45,015 nucleotides of DNA from an uncultured Thermotogae bacterium (GCA_964568045.1 CAZMOL010000003.1:1-45015); one strand, 5' to 3'; shown: positions 1-11,197, counted from the stretch's first letter. The notes: generated by a model not told the origin, from the sequence alone. A program made the numbers and translations.

Positions 1-65
1 ACCGAAGCTCCCCGCCCAAAGCCCAAACTGGCCGCCGTCAATCTTGACCACAAACACTGGAGCTG

Positions 66-193
66 CCCTCACCCCAACCCTCTCCCACACCAGGGAGAGG
101 GAGTGAAGTGGTGCAAGGCTTGCTCGCCCAACCCTCTCCCATGGCAGGGAGAAGGAGTAGGGTAGTGGAAGACGTGCTTGCCCAATCCCCTCA
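66..193. repeat. REP-like palindromic repeats (CCCTCACCCCAACCCTCTCCC-n6-GGGAGAGGG type), 2 copies plus a partial third
   Basis: Copy 1 at 66-103, copy 2 at 123-157 (ccctctccc...gggagaagg), partial cttgcccaatcccctca at 177-193. Confidence 0.7.
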
Positions 194-391
194 CACGACG
201 CAGAGGGAACTCAAGATAAACAGGAGCGTAAGTCTCCGTCTACCCACACGAAACAGCGAGGAAACAAAAACCAGGGGTGCGGAACCGAGCTTCCAACAAA
301 TCAGAAACAGCCTATCTTAAGCGCTTCTCAAGGAACATCCACATCAAAACGAGCCGGCGCGTTGCGGGGCCTCAGTAATTGCACCCGACGA

Positions 392-1204
392 TCACTTGCT
401 ACACCCGCACCCCCCCGTATCTTCCTCCATCAGCTCCCGCTCGACCCTTCCAACGTGAGCTGTAACACTGGCAGTAGCGCTCTTGCCGCGGTTGTCAACC
501 ACGGTCAATGAGACAGCGTAATCCCCTTCCTTGTTATACGCGTGGCGAACAAGGGGTGAGGTCCCATTACTGAAGGTCCCATCGCCAAGATTCCACTTGT
601 ACAGGATGATGTCCCCGTCCGGATCGTAGGCGCCAAGGGCGACGAATTTCGCAGTCTCGCGAGGGGCGATCAGGGAGGACGGGGGACGGATCTTGGCAAC
701 CGGAGGAAGATTGCGAGGGAGAGCTTCTGCCTCGCTGAAGTTGAGATATTGTGCCTCAAACCACAGGTTTCCCCCGCTGTCTGAGTAGCTTGGGACGTAC
801 CCGAGGTCCTGCTGAATCTTATTGGGTTCTGGTGACGGCTCCACGGGAACCCAGGCCGTTCCACCTCCCAACGAGACGCCAACTAGCACCCACGTATGCA
901 CGCCATCGGACCAGCCGGCCTGGCTGACAAGCTGCGCGACATATCCCTTTTCGGCAAGACTTCCTGCGGTGTACTCGGCAAAGTTGTGACTCTGCCATCC
1001 GTTACCTCCAAACAGGCGCCTCGAGGCAAGATCGGTATCGCCCAGTATTCCTTTGAGAGTTGTGATTCCCTGTTTGAGCATCGCGACCTGTGTCGCGGAA
1101 AAGGCCGTCGTATTCGGCTGGAGAACCTGAGGAAGGTCGGCACTCAGCACTGGAACGGTAAAAAAGAGTAACAAAAGCGCGATCACGCAAGTCCGTCTTG
1201 TCAC
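392..1204 (-). CDS. Secreted protein with transglutaminase-like N-domain and C-terminal PKD domain
   Basis: GTG start at 1204 follows GGAGGTG RBS; hydrophobic signal peptide; PKD motifs YDPDGDI, WNLGDG, Y..EGDY.VSLTVVDN.G; paralog of the next gene. Confidence 0.8.
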   Translation of the reverse strand: MTRRTCVIALLLLFFTVPVLSADLPQVLQPNTTAFSATQVAMLKQGITTLKGILGDTDLASRRLFGGNGWQSHNFAEYTAGSLAEKGYVAQLVSQAGWSDGVHTWVLVGVSLGGGTAWVPVEPSPEPNKIQQDLGYVPSYSDSGGNLWFEAQYLNFSEAEALPRNLPPVAKIRPPSSLIAPRETAKFVALGAYDPDGDIILYKWNLGDGTFSNGTSPLVRHAYNKEGDYAVSLTVVDNRGKSATASVTAHVGRVERELMEEDTGGCGCSK

Positions 1205-1359
1205 ACCGGTCACCTCCTGCTGAATGTTCCTAGTATACCGGACCCTCAGTCCGTTTGAAAGAGAAGGATCGCGCACTTCACCGCCCGTCGTTTATCGCAC
1301 ACCAAGGGTCGGGACCATGCCCGCCCGTCGGCAGCGTGGGTCCGCCGAGGATGGCACGC

Positions 1360-2148
1360 CTAGCTGCCACACGTCGAGCACCCTTTCCGAAAGATCACAC
1401 GACGCGTGATACTGGTGGACGCGCTTTTGCCTGCGTTGTCGATCACCGTCAGCGTGATGCTGAGATAGCCCTGTTCGTCAAACTCGTGACGAACGGTGTC
1501 CGTGGTGACAGTTGCCGTTTCACCATCACCAAAATCCCAATGGTATAACACAATCTCACCATCGGGGTCGTAGGAATTGACCGCTCGAAACAGGTTCGCT
1601 CTGTTCGTCTCAAGGTGAAACGAGCAACGAAACTTCGCCACCGGCATCTGGTTTTCGGAAAGCTGTTCCACCTCCCCGAAGGTGACGTAGCGTTCGTCGA
1701 ACCACAGAGCCCCGTCCTCGTCGACGGTGCCCGGAACGGCACCGAGGGTCTGCTGGCTCGACTCCGGCTGCGGCGCGGCCTCCACCGGTACCCACGCGAT
1801 CCGAGCCGGCAGCGCCAATCCGACCAGAACCCACACGTGCTCTCCATCCGGCCAACCGCTCTGGCCGGCAAGTAACACCTCGTATCCAAATTCCGCCAGC
1901 CTTCCGGCCGTGTAAGAAGCAAAATCGCGACTCTCCCACCCACCGGCCACAAAGGTGCGCCTCGAGCCCTGGCTCTCTTCGCTCAGCACCTGCTCAAGGG
2001 GCGCCATCGCCTCGCCCAAGGACAAGAGCTCTTCAGCGGAATAGGCCGTGGTATTCGGCTGGTGGACCTGGGGCAATTCGCCGCCGCCCGCCGACAACGC
2101 AACAACCGACAGCGCAAGAGCGGCGATAATCCATCTCACTGCCTTCAC
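1360..2148 (-). CDS. Secreted PKD-domain protein, paralog of 392-1204 (start may be GTG 2139)
   Basis: Signal peptide; YDPDGEI, WDFGDG, ITLTVIDNAG; shares LPQV.QPNTTA, H.WVLVG and AWVPVE with its neighbour. Confidence 0.8.
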   Translation of the reverse strand: MKAVRWIIAALALSVVALSAGGGELPQVHQPNTTAYSAEELLSLGEAMAPLEQVLSEESQGSRRTFVAGGWESRDFASYTAGRLAEFGYEVLLAGQSGWPDGEHVWVLVGLALPARIAWVPVEAAPQPESSQQTLGAVPGTVDEDGALWFDERYVTFGEVEQLSENQMPVAKFRCSFHLETNRANLFRAVNSYDPDGEIVLYHWDFGDGETATVTTDTVRHEFDEQGYLSITLTVIDNAGKSASTSITRRVIFRKGCSTCGS

Positions 2149-2321
2149 CTCCGGGTAGTGGCATAAGTGTACTAAAGAGACGTTGAAAAGCGAGGACGCC
2201 GCGTCGATCCGGGCTCATCAGCGAAAATGTGGCTCAATGCTATTCCTCAGTGGCGAAGATGCCCATGCTTGCCCGGAGGAACCGTTTTGCCTAAACTTCG
2301 GACTTGAAGGAGGATCATTTC

Positions 2322-3098
2322 ATGCGACAATCTTTTTTTGTTGTCCTTGTCGGTATTGCGTGCGCGCTCGCCGGTGTCGCCGGTTGCGGAAAAGAGATCC
2401 ACATTCCCACAGACGTGCAGGTCTTCGGGCACGTCATCATCGCCGAGACCGGATCGTTCTACGAGGAGGGAAGGGATGGCGAGCTCGTCCCACGGGAATT
2501 CCAGGCCTGGCCGGGAGACCACGGCTGGCGCTCGGCTGATTGGTTCAACGTCCGCATCGAGGCCGATCGCGGCGATGTGATCGTGCTTGCACCGAGCCTC
2601 CATGAGTTCGATCTGTGGGTCTTCTCGCCGGCGATCACCATCACAACGCAGCCGAATGCGCAGACGCCCGCAGAAATCTGGGGAACGGTGGAGATCGATG
2701 CCGATGATGTAATCCTCGATCGAATCGCGGTTACCGGTCCACGCAAGGACAATTCCAGCGGACACGGCATCGAGCTAAACCGCGAACTGATAAACCGAAT
2801 CACTATCCGCAATTGTCGCAGCACAGAGAACGAGTGGACTGGAATTCACATCATCGGCCCGCGAGGGACTATCGACGAACTGCGGGTGGAAGACTGTGAA
2901 CTTGTCCATAACGGGATGGATGGGATGGACGCCCAGTTCGTGGTGAATCTGATCATCACCGGGTGCACGATCACCGATAATGGGTGGGACTTCGAACACG
3001 GCGTCGGCGTGCGCATCGGAAGCCATGTCGAGGCTGTGGAAATGCACGACAACAGGATCTGGGGAAACCGTCTCGCTGACGTCTATCAAAAGGAGTAA
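2322..3098 (+). CDS. Lipoprotein with right-handed parallel beta-helix repeats
   Basis: ATG 2322 after AGGAGG; lipobox VAG-C; repeating ITIRNC/VEDCELVHNG/ITGCTITDNG/MHDNRIWGN pattern. Confidence 0.7.
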   Translation: MRQSFFVVLVGIACALAGVAGCGKEIHIPTDVQVFGHVIIAETGSFYEEGRDGELVPREFQAWPGDHGWRSADWFNVRIEADRGDVIVLAPSLHEFDLWVFSPAITITTQPNAQTPAEIWGTVEIDADDVILDRIAVTGPRKDNSSGHGIELNRELINRITIRNCRSTENEWTGIHIIGPRGTIDELRVEDCELVHNGMDGMDAQFVVNLIITGCTITDNGWDFEHGVGVRIGSHVEAVEMHDNRIWGNRLADVYQKE

Positions 3099-3122
3099 CC
3101 CTGCTTTACGCACATTATTCTG

Positions 3123-3213
3123 TTTCGTCGGGCTTTATGCCCGACGAAAACGTACGTCGCACACAAGGTGCGACGCTACAAGTGTTCTGTAGTGGCGGGG
3201 CTTGTCCCCGACG
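3123..3213. repeat. Cluster of three REP-like hairpins between convergent genes
   Basis: tttcgtcgggc/gcccgacgaaa (3123-3149); cgtcgcac/gtgcgacg followed by ctac (3155-3179; GTAG on minus strand); gtag-tggcgggg-cttgt-ccccg (3189-3210). Confidence 0.6.
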
Positions 3214-3241
3214 AAGAACGTCGCGGGCAAGCTGTCTGGGT

Positions 3242-4360
3242 TTATTCGTTAGACGTCGGCGGTGGCACGGCTTGCTTAGCCTCAACCTGCGAAAGAGTGG
3301 ACAACTGAAGGCGAAATGTCCGCAGGCGGCTTTCGGCCTCCTCGAAGCGGTTGAGCGAATTGCGGAGATGCTTGCCCACAAGCTGGACATCCCCTTCCAC
3401 GCGGTCGAACGCCGCTTGCAGCTCGGAGAGCCGGCCGAGAACCGTGGTGATGTTTTCCGCCAGCCGCAGCCCGTTTAGCCCCAGCAGGATTGTCTGAAGG
3501 TACGCGTACAGTGAATTCGGCGAAACCGGCACGACTCGACGGGAGATGGCGTAGGCAAAAAGGTCGTAGTCCTCGGAAAGTCCCTCCTCACGGGTGATCA
3601 CCTCGTAGTACACGTTTTCCGCCGGGATGTACATCAGTGCAAAATCGAGCGTTCCCTCGCTCGGGCGGATGTATTTTGCTGCAATTGCGTCGATGTGAGT
3701 GCGCACCGTTCTGATCAACTCGCGTTTAACCTTCAGGCGCTCCTCTTCGCCCGCGGCCTCCTTCAATCGGGTGAAGCTGGCAAGCGGAAACTTGGCATCG
3801 ACAGGAACCATGTGCTCCGCCAATCGAATGACCGCATCGACGGTCTCTCCGCTTTTGAACGCGAATTGCAGACTGAACCGCTCCCGTGGAAGAATCTCGG
3901 CAAGGAGGTCGCCGAGGAACAGCTCTCCCAAACCGCCACGCAGCTTCGGCGAACGGAGGATCTCCTGCAAGCTGGCGATATCCCGGCCCACCTCGTAGAT
4001 GCGTTGGTTCGCCTCGGCCAGTCGGCCCAACGACTGCCGCACCTCCCCGATGACACTGGTCGCCTTGTCCAGACGCTCGTCGATCTTCCCGCTCGATCGC
4101 TCCGAGACTTCGAGCGTGGTCTTCAACTGTTCTGACACCTGCTTGGTGAGGGAATCGAGCTGGTGTTTGAGCAGTTCCCCCACCTGCTGGATCTGGCCGG
4201 AGAAGGCGGTCTGATTGGCAGCGATCGTCTCGCGTACCTCCTGACGAAGCCGCGTCATCTCCTCTGTTCTTGCGCCCCGGCGACCGGTGCGCAGGACATA
4301 AACGAGAAGAAGGACAAGACAACCGACACCAACTACCAACAGAATCTCAAGCGGAGTCAC
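3242..4360 (-). CDS. rmuC: DNA recombination protein RmuC
   Basis: N-terminal TM segment, coiled coil, [35 protein letters not shown] motifs; start overlaps the uvrA stop. Confidence 0.9.
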   Translation of the reverse strand: MTPLEILLVVGVGCLVLLLVYVLRTGRRGARTEEMTRLRQEVRETIAANQTAFSGQIQQVGELLKHQLDSLTKQVSEQLKTTLEVSERSSGKIDERLDKATSVIGEVRQSLGRLAEANQRIYEVGRDIASLQEILRSPKLRGGLGELFLGDLLAEILPRERFSLQFAFKSGETVDAVIRLAEHMVPVDAKFPLASFTRLKEAAGEEERLKVKRELIRTVRTHIDAIAAKYIRPSEGTLDFALMYIPAENVYYEVITREEGLSEDYDLFAYAISRRVVPVSPNSLYAYLQTILLGLNGLRLAENITTVLGRLSELQAAFDRVEGDVQLVGKHLRNSLNRFEEAESRLRTFRLQLSTLSQVEAKQAVPPPTSNE

Positions 4361-7200
4361 CGTACCTCCTCGACCGTCCCCACCAACCGCTCCCCCAGGA
4401 TGTCAGCGAGGTAGTGTCCGGTGTAGGAGCCCGTGGTTTGGGCCACCTGTTCCGGCGTTCCAGTGGCAACCACCATCCCGCCGGCATCGCCTCCCTCCGG
4501 GCCGAGATCGATGATCCAATCCGCTGTCTTGATGACGTCCAGGTTGTGCTCGATAACGACAACTGTGTTGCCCGCGTCGACCAGCCGGTGCAGCACCTCA
4601 AGGAGTTTGCTCACATCGGCCGCGTGCAGCCCGGTCGTCGGCTCGTCGAGAACGTACAGGGTCTTTCCGGTGGCACGGCGGGAGAGCTCTTTGGACAGCT
4701 TGATCCGCTGTGCTTCGCCGCCGGAGAGTTCCGGCGCCGGCTGACCGAGCTTGATGTAGGTCAGTCCAACGTCGTAGAGGGTCTGAAGTTTCCTGCGCAC
4801 GCGCGGGATGTTGGCAAAGAAGGTGAGTGCCTCCTCGACCGACATGGCCAGTACATCGGCGATCGATTTTCCTTTGTAGCGAATCTGTAGAGTCTCCCGA
4901 TTGTACCGCGATCCCTTGCAGACATCGCACGGAACGTAGATATCGGGCAAAAAGTGCATCTCGATCTTCTCTTTGCCCTGGCCCTGGCAGGCCTCGCAGC
5001 GACCGCCTTTGACGTTGAAACTGAATCGTCCCGCGGTGTAACCACGCAGCCGCGCATCCGGCGTGCGGGCGAACAGGGAGCGGATGTCATCGAACAGCTT
5101 GGTGTAGGTGGCCGGATTGGATCGTGGTGTGCGGCCGATCGGGGATTGATCGATCTCGATCGCCTTGTCGATGTGTTCGAGTCCGAGGATGTCTTCGTGC
5201 GGTCCCGGCCGCCTGACCGCCTGGTGCAGGCGATGGGCAACGCCACGAAACAGCACGTCCTCGACCAGAGAACTCTTCCCGGAGCCGGAGACCCCGGTGA
5301 CGCAGACAAACAGGCCCAGAGGAATCTCCACGTCGATCGTCTTAAGGTTATGAACCGCAGCACCGACCACCCGCAGCGCCTTCCCGTTTCCCGTGCGGCG
5401 TTTCTCGGGAACGGGGATCGAAAGGACACCCGCGAGGTACTGGCCGGTGATCGAATCAGCACAGGCCGCGACGTCTTCCGGTGTGCCAACGACGACCACT
5501 TCGCCTCCGTGGGCACCGGCGCCAGGGCCCAGATCGACGATGAAATCGCTCTCGCGCATCGTCTCCTCATCGTGCTCAACCACGATCACGGTGTTTCCCA
5601 AATCGCGCAGGTCTTTTAGCGTCTGGAGCAGCCTGCGATTGTCCCGCTGATGCAGACCGATCGACGGCTCGTCGAGGACGTACAACACACCGGTGAGCTG
5701 ACTTCCGATCTGCGTGGCGAGTCGGATGCGCTGCGCCTCACCGCCGGCGAGGGTGCCCGCCTGCCGGTCGAGGGTCAGGTAGTCGAGACCGACCGCCACC
5801 ATGAATCCCAGCCGCGCCTTGATCTCCTTGGAGATCTGGGCGGAGATCAGCGCCTCACGCGTGGAAACCGACAGGTTCTCGAAGAACGTGAGGGCACTGC
5901 GGATGGAGAGTGTCGTCACCTCGTGGATGTTTAGGCCATCGACGCTCACCGCCAGGATCTCCGGCTTGAGCCGCGCGCCGCTGCAGATCGGACAGGGGAG
6001 AGTGGCGATGAACTGCTCCAGCGCCCGACGCCATTCCTCGGAGCTCGTCTGTCGATACCATCGCTCCAGGGTTGGCACTACCCCGCGAAATGCGCGAGCG
6101 TAGGTGCGAGTGCGGCCGCGCGTGGAGGTGTAGTCAAACTTGATCCGTTCGCCGCGAGTCCCGAACAGAATCAGATCGAGCTTCTCCTTGGGAAGCTCAC
6201 CCAACGGAGCATCAGGATCGACGTCGAATGCGTCGCACAGCGCACGCATCTCCGCCTCGAACCAGCGACTCCTGGAGTTGGCCCAAGGAAGCAGCCCGCC
6301 GTCGAACAGCCCCCGCGTCGGATCGATCACCAGTTCTGGATCGATCTCCTTGCGGTAGCCAAGGCCGCTGCACTCCGAACAGGCGCCATAGGGACTATTA
6401 AACGAGAACATCCGCGGGGAGAGTTCCTCGTAGCTCACTCCACAATGGATGCAGGCGTAGTGCTCGCTGTACAGATGTTCGCTCTTGTCTTCGGTGACAA
6501 CGCTGAGAATCCCTCCCCCGTGTTTGAGGGCCGTCTCCACCGAGTCGGCGATCCGCGCCCGCTTGCGCGGCTCGACAACAACGCGATCGACCACGATCTC
6601 GATCGTGTGTTTCTTCTGCTTGACAAGCTCGATCTCCTCATACAGCGTGCGCACCACGCCGTCCACTCGCACGCGGGTGAACCCTTCCTGGCGGATCTCT
6701 TCGAACGTCTTCTTGTACTCCCCTTTCCGTCCACGCACGATCGGCGCCATGATCTGCACCTTGGTCCCGTTGGAGAAGGCCATGATCGCATCGATGATCT
6801 GCTGCGCAGACTGCCGGGAGATCGGCCGGCCGCAATTCGGGCAGTGCGGGTGGCCGATGCGGGCAAACAGAAGGCGCAGGTAGTCGTAGATCTCGGTCAC
6901 CGTACCCACGGTCGAGCGCGGGTTGTGACTGCGCGACTTCTGATCGATGGAGATCGCCGGGGAGAGCCCCTCAATGAAATCGACGTCCGGCTTTTCCATC
7001 TGTCCGAGAAACTGGCGCGCGTACGCAGACAGCGATTCCACGTAGCGGCGCTGTCCTTCGGCATAGATCGTGTCAAACGCGAGCGAACTCTTCCCCGAAC
7101 CGGAAATCCCGGTAATGACAACGAGGCGCTCACGGGGAATCTCAAGGTCGATGTTCTTCAGGTTGTGCTCTCTGGCGCCTTTCACGTGAAGGGCGTTCAT
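4357..7200 (-). CDS. uvrA: Excinuclease ABC subunit A
   Basis: [10 protein letters not shown], two GSGKSS P-loops, zinc fingers, LSGGEAQR signature, 947 aa. Confidence 0.99.
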   Translation of the reverse strand: MNALHVKGAREHNLKNIDLEIPRERLVVITGISGSGKSSLAFDTIYAEGQRRYVESLSAYARQFLGQMEKPDVDFIEGLSPAISIDQKSRSHNPRSTVGTVTEIYDYLRLLFARIGHPHCPNCGRPISRQSAQQIIDAIMAFSNGTKVQIMAPIVRGRKGEYKKTFEEIRQEGFTRVRVDGVVRTLYEEIELVKQKKHTIEIVVDRVVVEPRKRARIADSVETALKHGGGILSVVTEDKSEHLYSEHYACIHCGVSYEELSPRMFSFNSPYGACSECSGLGYRKEIDPELVIDPTRGLFDGGLLPWANSRSRWFEAEMRALCDAFDVDPDAPLGELPKEKLDLILFGTRGERIKFDYTSTRGRTRTYARAFRGVVPTLERWYRQTSSEEWRRALEQFIATLPCPICSGARLKPEILAVSVDGLNIHEVTTLSIRSALTFFENLSVSTREALISAQISKEIKARLGFMVAVGLDYLTLDRQAGTLAGGEAQRIRLATQIGSQLTGVLYVLDEPSIGLHQRDNRRLLQTLKDLRDLGNTVIVVEHDEETMRESDFIVDLGPGAGAHGGEVVVVGTPEDVAACADSITGQYLAGVLSIPVPEKRRTGNGKALRVVGAAVHNLKTIDVEIPLGLFVCVTGVSGSGKSSLVEDVLFRGVAHRLHQAVRRPGPHEDILGLEHIDKAIEIDQSPIGRTPRSNPATYTKLFDDIRSLFARTPDARLRGYTAGRFSFNVKGGRCEACQGQGKEKIEMHFLPDIYVPCDVCKGSRYNRETLQIRYKGKSIADVLAMSVEEALTFFANIPRVRRKLQTLYDVGLTYIKLGQPAPELSGGEAQRIKLSKELSRRATGKTLYVLDEPTTGLHAADVSKLLEVLHRLVDAGNTVVVIEHNLDVIKTADWIIDLGPEGGDAGGMVVATGTPEQVAQTTGSYTGHYLADILGERLVGTVEEVR

Positions 7201-9191
7201 AGTCTCTCTTTCAACTCCCGAATCTCATCCCGCAGTGCCGCGGCAAGCTCGAATTCGAGCCGCTGCGCCGCTTGGAGCATCTCCTTTTCCAGCCGCTTGA
7301 TGACATCGACGATTTCCGCGGATGACAGTCCTTCTATCTCCTGTTCCGATGGCCGGGGCACCTCCTGCTGGAGGCGCATGGATTGGAGGATGTCCGTCAC
7401 CTCTCGCTCGACCGTCTTCGGCGTGATCCCGTGCTTCTGATTGTGGGCATTCTGGATCGCGCGACGACGATTCGTCTCATCGACGGCGTGGCTTATGGAG
7501 TTGGTCGCCTTGTCCGCGTAGAGGAGAACCGTGCCGCGAACGTTTCGTGCCGCTCGCCCAATGGTCTGAATGAGAGAGGTCCCCGAACGCAGGAATCCTT
7601 CCTTGTCCGCGTCGAGGACCGCCACCAGCGACACCTCGGGGAGGTCCAGTCCCTCCCGCAGCAGGTTAATCCCGACCAACACGTCAAACTTCCCCAGCCG
7701 TAGATCGCGCAGGATCTCCACCCGGTCGAGGGTGTCGATCTCAGAGTGCAGGTACCTCGCTTTGATGCCCAGATCGACCAGATACTCGGTCAAATCCTCG
7801 GCCATTCGCTTGGTAAGCGTAGTGACCAAGATCCGTTCGTGCCGCTCGACCACTTCGCGGATCTCTCCGATCAGATGGTCAACCTGACCTGAGACTGGGT
7901 GAATCTGCACCTCCGGATCGACAAGACCGGTCGGCCGTATGATCTGTTCGACGACGCGCTCACTGTGCCGCTCCTCGTAGGGACCGGGGGTCGCCGAGGT
8001 GAAGATCACCTGATTGAGCTGTCCTTCGAACTCGGAAAAAGCGAGCGGACGGTTGTCCAGTGCAGATGGCAGCCGGAACCCGTACTCAACCAGGGTCTCC
8101 TTGCGCGAGCGATCGCCGTGGTACATTCCGCGAATCTGGGGGACGGTCTGATGCGACTCGTCGATAATCAAGAGGAAATCATCGGGGAAGTAGTCCAACA
8201 GGACATTTGGCGGCTGGCCCGGCGAGCGACCGTCGAGGTGGCGCGAGTAATTCTCAATTCCCGAGCAGTAGCCCATCTCCTGCATCATCTCTACGTCGTA
8301 GCGCGTCCGCTGCTCCAGCCGTTGTGCCTCGAGCAGTCTCTCCTGGCTTCGCAATTGCTGTAGACGCGGCTCCAGTTCCTCTTCGATCGATTCGATCGCA
8401 CGGCGTGTTTTCTCCACCGGGGTGATGAAGTGCGAGGCCGGGTAGATGGTAATCCGGTCCTCCTCGCACAGCGGATGGCCGCTGATCGGATCGAGAATCG
8501 CCAGTCGCTCTACCTCGTCGCCGAAGAACTCGACTCGCACGACCTTCTCCTGATAGGCGGGAATGATCTCCAGAGTATCCCCTCGCGCCCGGAAGGTTCC
8601 GCGCTCAAAGCCGACCTCATTTCTTGCGTACTGCAGGGAAACGAGACCACGCATCACCTCATCGCGATCCATCTCACCCCCGCGTTGCAGGGTGATCGAC
8701 ATATCGTGGTAGTTCTCCGGCGAGCCGAGCCCGTAGATGCACGACACCGACGCGACAATGATCACATCCCGCCGCTCGAACAGGGCGCACGTCGCCGCGT
8801 GACGCAGCCGATCGATCTCGTCATTGATCGAGGAGTCCTTCTCGATGTAGGTATCTGTTTGCGGAATGTACGCTTCGGGCTGGTAGTAGTCGTAATAGGA
8901 GACAAAGTAGTGTACCGCGCTGTTCGGGAACAGCTCGCGGAACTCGTTGCACAGCTGCGCAGTGAGGGTCTTGTTGTGAGCGATCACCAACGTCGGCCGT
9001 TGCACGTTGCAAATGACGTGAGCAATCGTGAACGTCTTTCCAGTCCCGGTTGCTCCAAGCAGCGTCTGGAATCTCAACCCCGCAAGAACGCCCTCGGTCA
9101 ACTCCTGGATTGCACGGGGCTGATCCCCACGTGGCACAAGACGCTGCGCAATTTGAAATCCTGCCTTTTCTCCAACCTTTGGCATACCCAT
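7197..9191 (-). CDS. uvrB: Excinuclease ABC subunit B (start 9191 or 9185)
   Basis: [30 protein letters not shown]-terminal UVR motif [11 protein letters not shown]. Confidence 0.98.
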   Translation of the reverse strand: MGMPKVGEKAGFQIAQRLVPRGDQPRAIQELTEGVLAGLRFQTLLGATGTGKTFTIAHVICNVQRPTLVIAHNKTLTAQLCNEFRELFPNSAVHYFVSYYDYYQPEAYIPQTDTYIEKDSSINDEIDRLRHAATCALFERRDVIIVASVSCIYGLGSPENYHDMSITLQRGGEMDRDEVMRGLVSLQYARNEVGFERGTFRARGDTLEIIPAYQEKVVRVEFFGDEVERLAILDPISGHPLCEEDRITIYPASHFITPVEKTRRAIESIEEELEPRLQQLRSQERLLEAQRLEQRTRYDVEMMQEMGYCSGIENYSRHLDGRSPGQPPNVLLDYFPDDFLLIIDESHQTVPQIRGMYHGDRSRKETLVEYGFRLPSALDNRPLAFSEFEGQLNQVIFTSATPGPYEERHSERVVEQIIRPTGLVDPEVQIHPVSGQVDHLIGEIREVVERHERILVTTLTKRMAEDLTEYLVDLGIKARYLHSEIDTLDRVEILRDLRLGKFDVLVGINLLREGLDLPEVSLVAVLDADKEGFLRSGTSLIQTIGRAARNVRGTVLLYADKATNSISHAVDETNRRRAIQNAHNQKHGITPKTVEREVTDILQSMRLQQEVPRPSEQEIEGLSSAEIVDVIKRLEKEMLQAAQRLEFELAAALRDEIRELKERL

Positions 9192-9641
9192 CCTAGTATG
9201 ATAGGGTAGCAACTCTGCGGATGGGTATCAATGCACGAACAGACGCGACAACGCAGATCATGAATGCGGACACGGTCATCATCGAAGAAATGGCGAAAAT
9301 CTTGGAGCAACAGGGCTCTTCGCCGGATGAACACGAGAAACAGTTACAGACAGGCTCCTGACTCAGGACCCCACAAGAAGGCCGCAACACAGGCGAGGTG
9401 AGCGACACCGGGACATCTACTCCACGCGGTCACCTGATAGATGCGATTCGAAAGCGCAAGAGAACAGGCGGAGATTGGAATCCTCTCGTAGCGAAGTCCT
9501 AGCGCGTGCTCGCCTTCGCTTGAAGGAACGCATGTACGCTCCTTCCAGCGTGCGAATGCTCCGCCTGCAAGGAGAAAACTTCCACATCAGCCGGGTCATC
9601 CGTCCCCTCGATCTGTCGGCATCGTGGGGAGAATATGGCTT

Positions 9642-9908
9642 ATGGAGATGCCTGAGTTCATGGAAAAACTTCTGCCTCAAGCTTCGCTCGATGCAATAGA
9701 CTTTGCCTGCGATCTCGAACGAGCCCTCGCTGACGAGGTGAAGTACCTGCGCCGCGTGATCAACACTCTCGCCGAACAAGATGCCATCGAGAAGGATGGC
9801 GTGATCCACGAGTTGCGTCTCCGCCTTTCTGACAAGGACGCCCAGATCGCCCACCTACTTGAGGAGAACCTTTTCCTCAGGGAGCGCCTGGCCCCCACGT
9901 CGAGTTGA
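9642..9908 (+). CDS. Small hypothetical coiled-coil protein
   Basis: ATG 9642 after GGGGAGA; heptad-like C-terminus LRLRLSDKDAQIAHLLEENLFLRERL; no family recognised. Confidence 0.5.
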   Translation: MEMPEFMEKLLPQASLDAIDFACDLERALADEVKYLRRVINTLAEQDAIEKDGVIHELRLRLSDKDAQIAHLLEENLFLRERLAPTSS

Positions 9909-9943
9909 AATCTACCCTGCCATTTGTGTAGGTTTAGTCTGGA

Positions 9944-11011
9944 ATGGCAGATATTAGTATCAGCAAGCGACTCCAACAGGCCAAAGCAGAGTATGCGGAT
10001 ATCGAGTTAAAGCTCGCTGACCCCAAGATCATCTCAGGCTCTTCCTATCGCGACTTAACCCAGAAATACGCCCGCTTGCGCCAGGTCATCCGCATGGGCG
10101 AGCAGTGGGAACAGCTCCGTTCCTCCATCGCAGAGGAAGAGCAGCTGTGGGAGAGCGAGGAAGAACTCCGCAGCGAGATTGAGGAAACGCTGGAAGAGGA
10201 CCGCCGCCAGTTGGAGGAGATCGAGCGCAGATTCCAACGGCTCATCGTTCCCCCTGATCCCAAGGACCGCAAGAACGCGATCGTGGAGATTCGTGCTGGA
10301 ACCGGCGGTGATGAATCGAGCCTGTTTGCCGCCGACCTGTTTCGCATGTACACACGCTACGCTGATGCAAACCAACAAAAGGTCTCTCTCATAGACAGCC
10401 ATCCGACCCCGCTTGGCGGATTTAAGCAGATCGTGTTCGCAGTAGAGGGTAAAGATGCCTATGGCCGCCTGCGATACGAATCGGGTGTCCATCGAGTGCA
10501 GCGCGTTCCCGAGACCGAGTCCGCCGGACGAATCCACACTTCAGCCGCAACCGTCGTCGTCCTGCCCGAGGCGGAGGAAGTGGAGATCACCATCGATCCA
10601 AAGGACCTGAGAATCGATACGTTCCGTTCCACCGGCCCGGGTGGCCAGAGCGTGAACACAACCGATTCTGCGGTACGGATAACCCACATTCCCACCGGTA
10701 CCGTCGTGAGCTGCCAGGACGAAAAATCGCAACACAAGAACAAAGCGCAAGCGCTGCGCGTTCTGCGTGCTCGGCTCAAGGATCGCTACGAAAAGGAGAA
10801 GGAAGCGGAGCTTACTGCCACGCGTCGACAGCAAATAGGCTCCGGTGATCGCAGTGAAAAGATCCGTACCTACAACTTCCCTCAGAACCGCGTGACCGAC
10901 CACCGGATAAACGTCAGTCTTCACAACCTTATGGAGATTTTAAATGGAGATCTGGGCGCTCTGGTCGATATGCTGCATGAAGAAGCGAATAAAGAAGAAT
11001 TCGCGGCCTGA
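9944..11011 (+). CDS. prfA: Peptide chain release factor 1
   Basis: GGQ motif (GPGGQSVN), RF1-type PxT (VQRVPETES), [14 protein letters not shown]. Confidence 0.97.
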   Translation: MADISISKRLQQAKAEYADIELKLADPKIISGSSYRDLTQKYARLRQVIRMGEQWEQLRSSIAEEEQLWESEEELRSEIEETLEEDRRQLEEIERRFQRLIVPPDPKDRKNAIVEIRAGTGGDESSLFAADLFRMYTRYADANQQKVSLIDSHPTPLGGFKQIVFAVEGKDAYGRLRYESGVHRVQRVPETESAGRIHTSAATVVVLPEAEEVEITIDPKDLRIDTFRSTGPGGQSVNTTDSAVRITHIPTGTVVSCQDEKSQHKNKAQALRVLRARLKDRYEKEKEAELTATRRQQIGSGDRSEKIRTYNFPQNRVTDHRINVSLHNLMEILNGDLGALVDMLHEEANKEEFAA

Positions 11012-11048
11012 AGATCTATTCCAGTCCTCATTTCAAGAAACGTAGGTC

Positions 11049-11077
11049 TTGACAGTCCTCCACACCACTGCTACCAT
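11049..11077 (+). promoter_or_regulatory. Sigma70-type promoter for tRNA-Ile
   Basis: TTGACA-17 bp-TACCAT with TGn extension, 12 bp upstream of the tRNA. Confidence 0.7.
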
Positions 11078-11089
11078 TACGACAGTTTT

Positions 11090-11163
11090 GGGTCTGTAGC
11101 TCAGCTGGTCAGAGCGCTCGCCTGATAAGCGGGAGGCCCCTGGTTCGAGTCCAGGCAGGCCCA
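11090..11163 (+). tRNA. tRNA-Ile (GAT), CCA not encoded
   Basis: Acceptor GGGTCTG/CAGGCCC, D-arm GCTC/GAGC, anticodon stem CTCGC/GCGGG with loop CTGATAA, T-arm CCTGG-TTCGAGT-CCAGG. Confidence 0.96.
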
Positions 11164-11169
11164 TGTTTC

Positions 11170-11197
11170 TTGACTGTCGCCTTTTGTAATGTATAAT
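11170..11197 (+). promoter_or_regulatory. Sigma70-type promoter for PC4-family gene
   Basis: TTGACT-16 bp-TATAAT. Confidence 0.6.

Noticed and set aside
4270-9209. Long antisense ORFs over uvrA/uvrB (e.g. 6445-7440, 8430-9209), and similar ones over aroKB, hflK and the lipid kinase
   Set aside because: Shadow frames expected in high-GC coding DNA; no recognisable motifs.
11090-11163. tRNA-Ile as integration site of an island
   Set aside because: No integrase in the window and no duplicated tRNA 3' end was seen.
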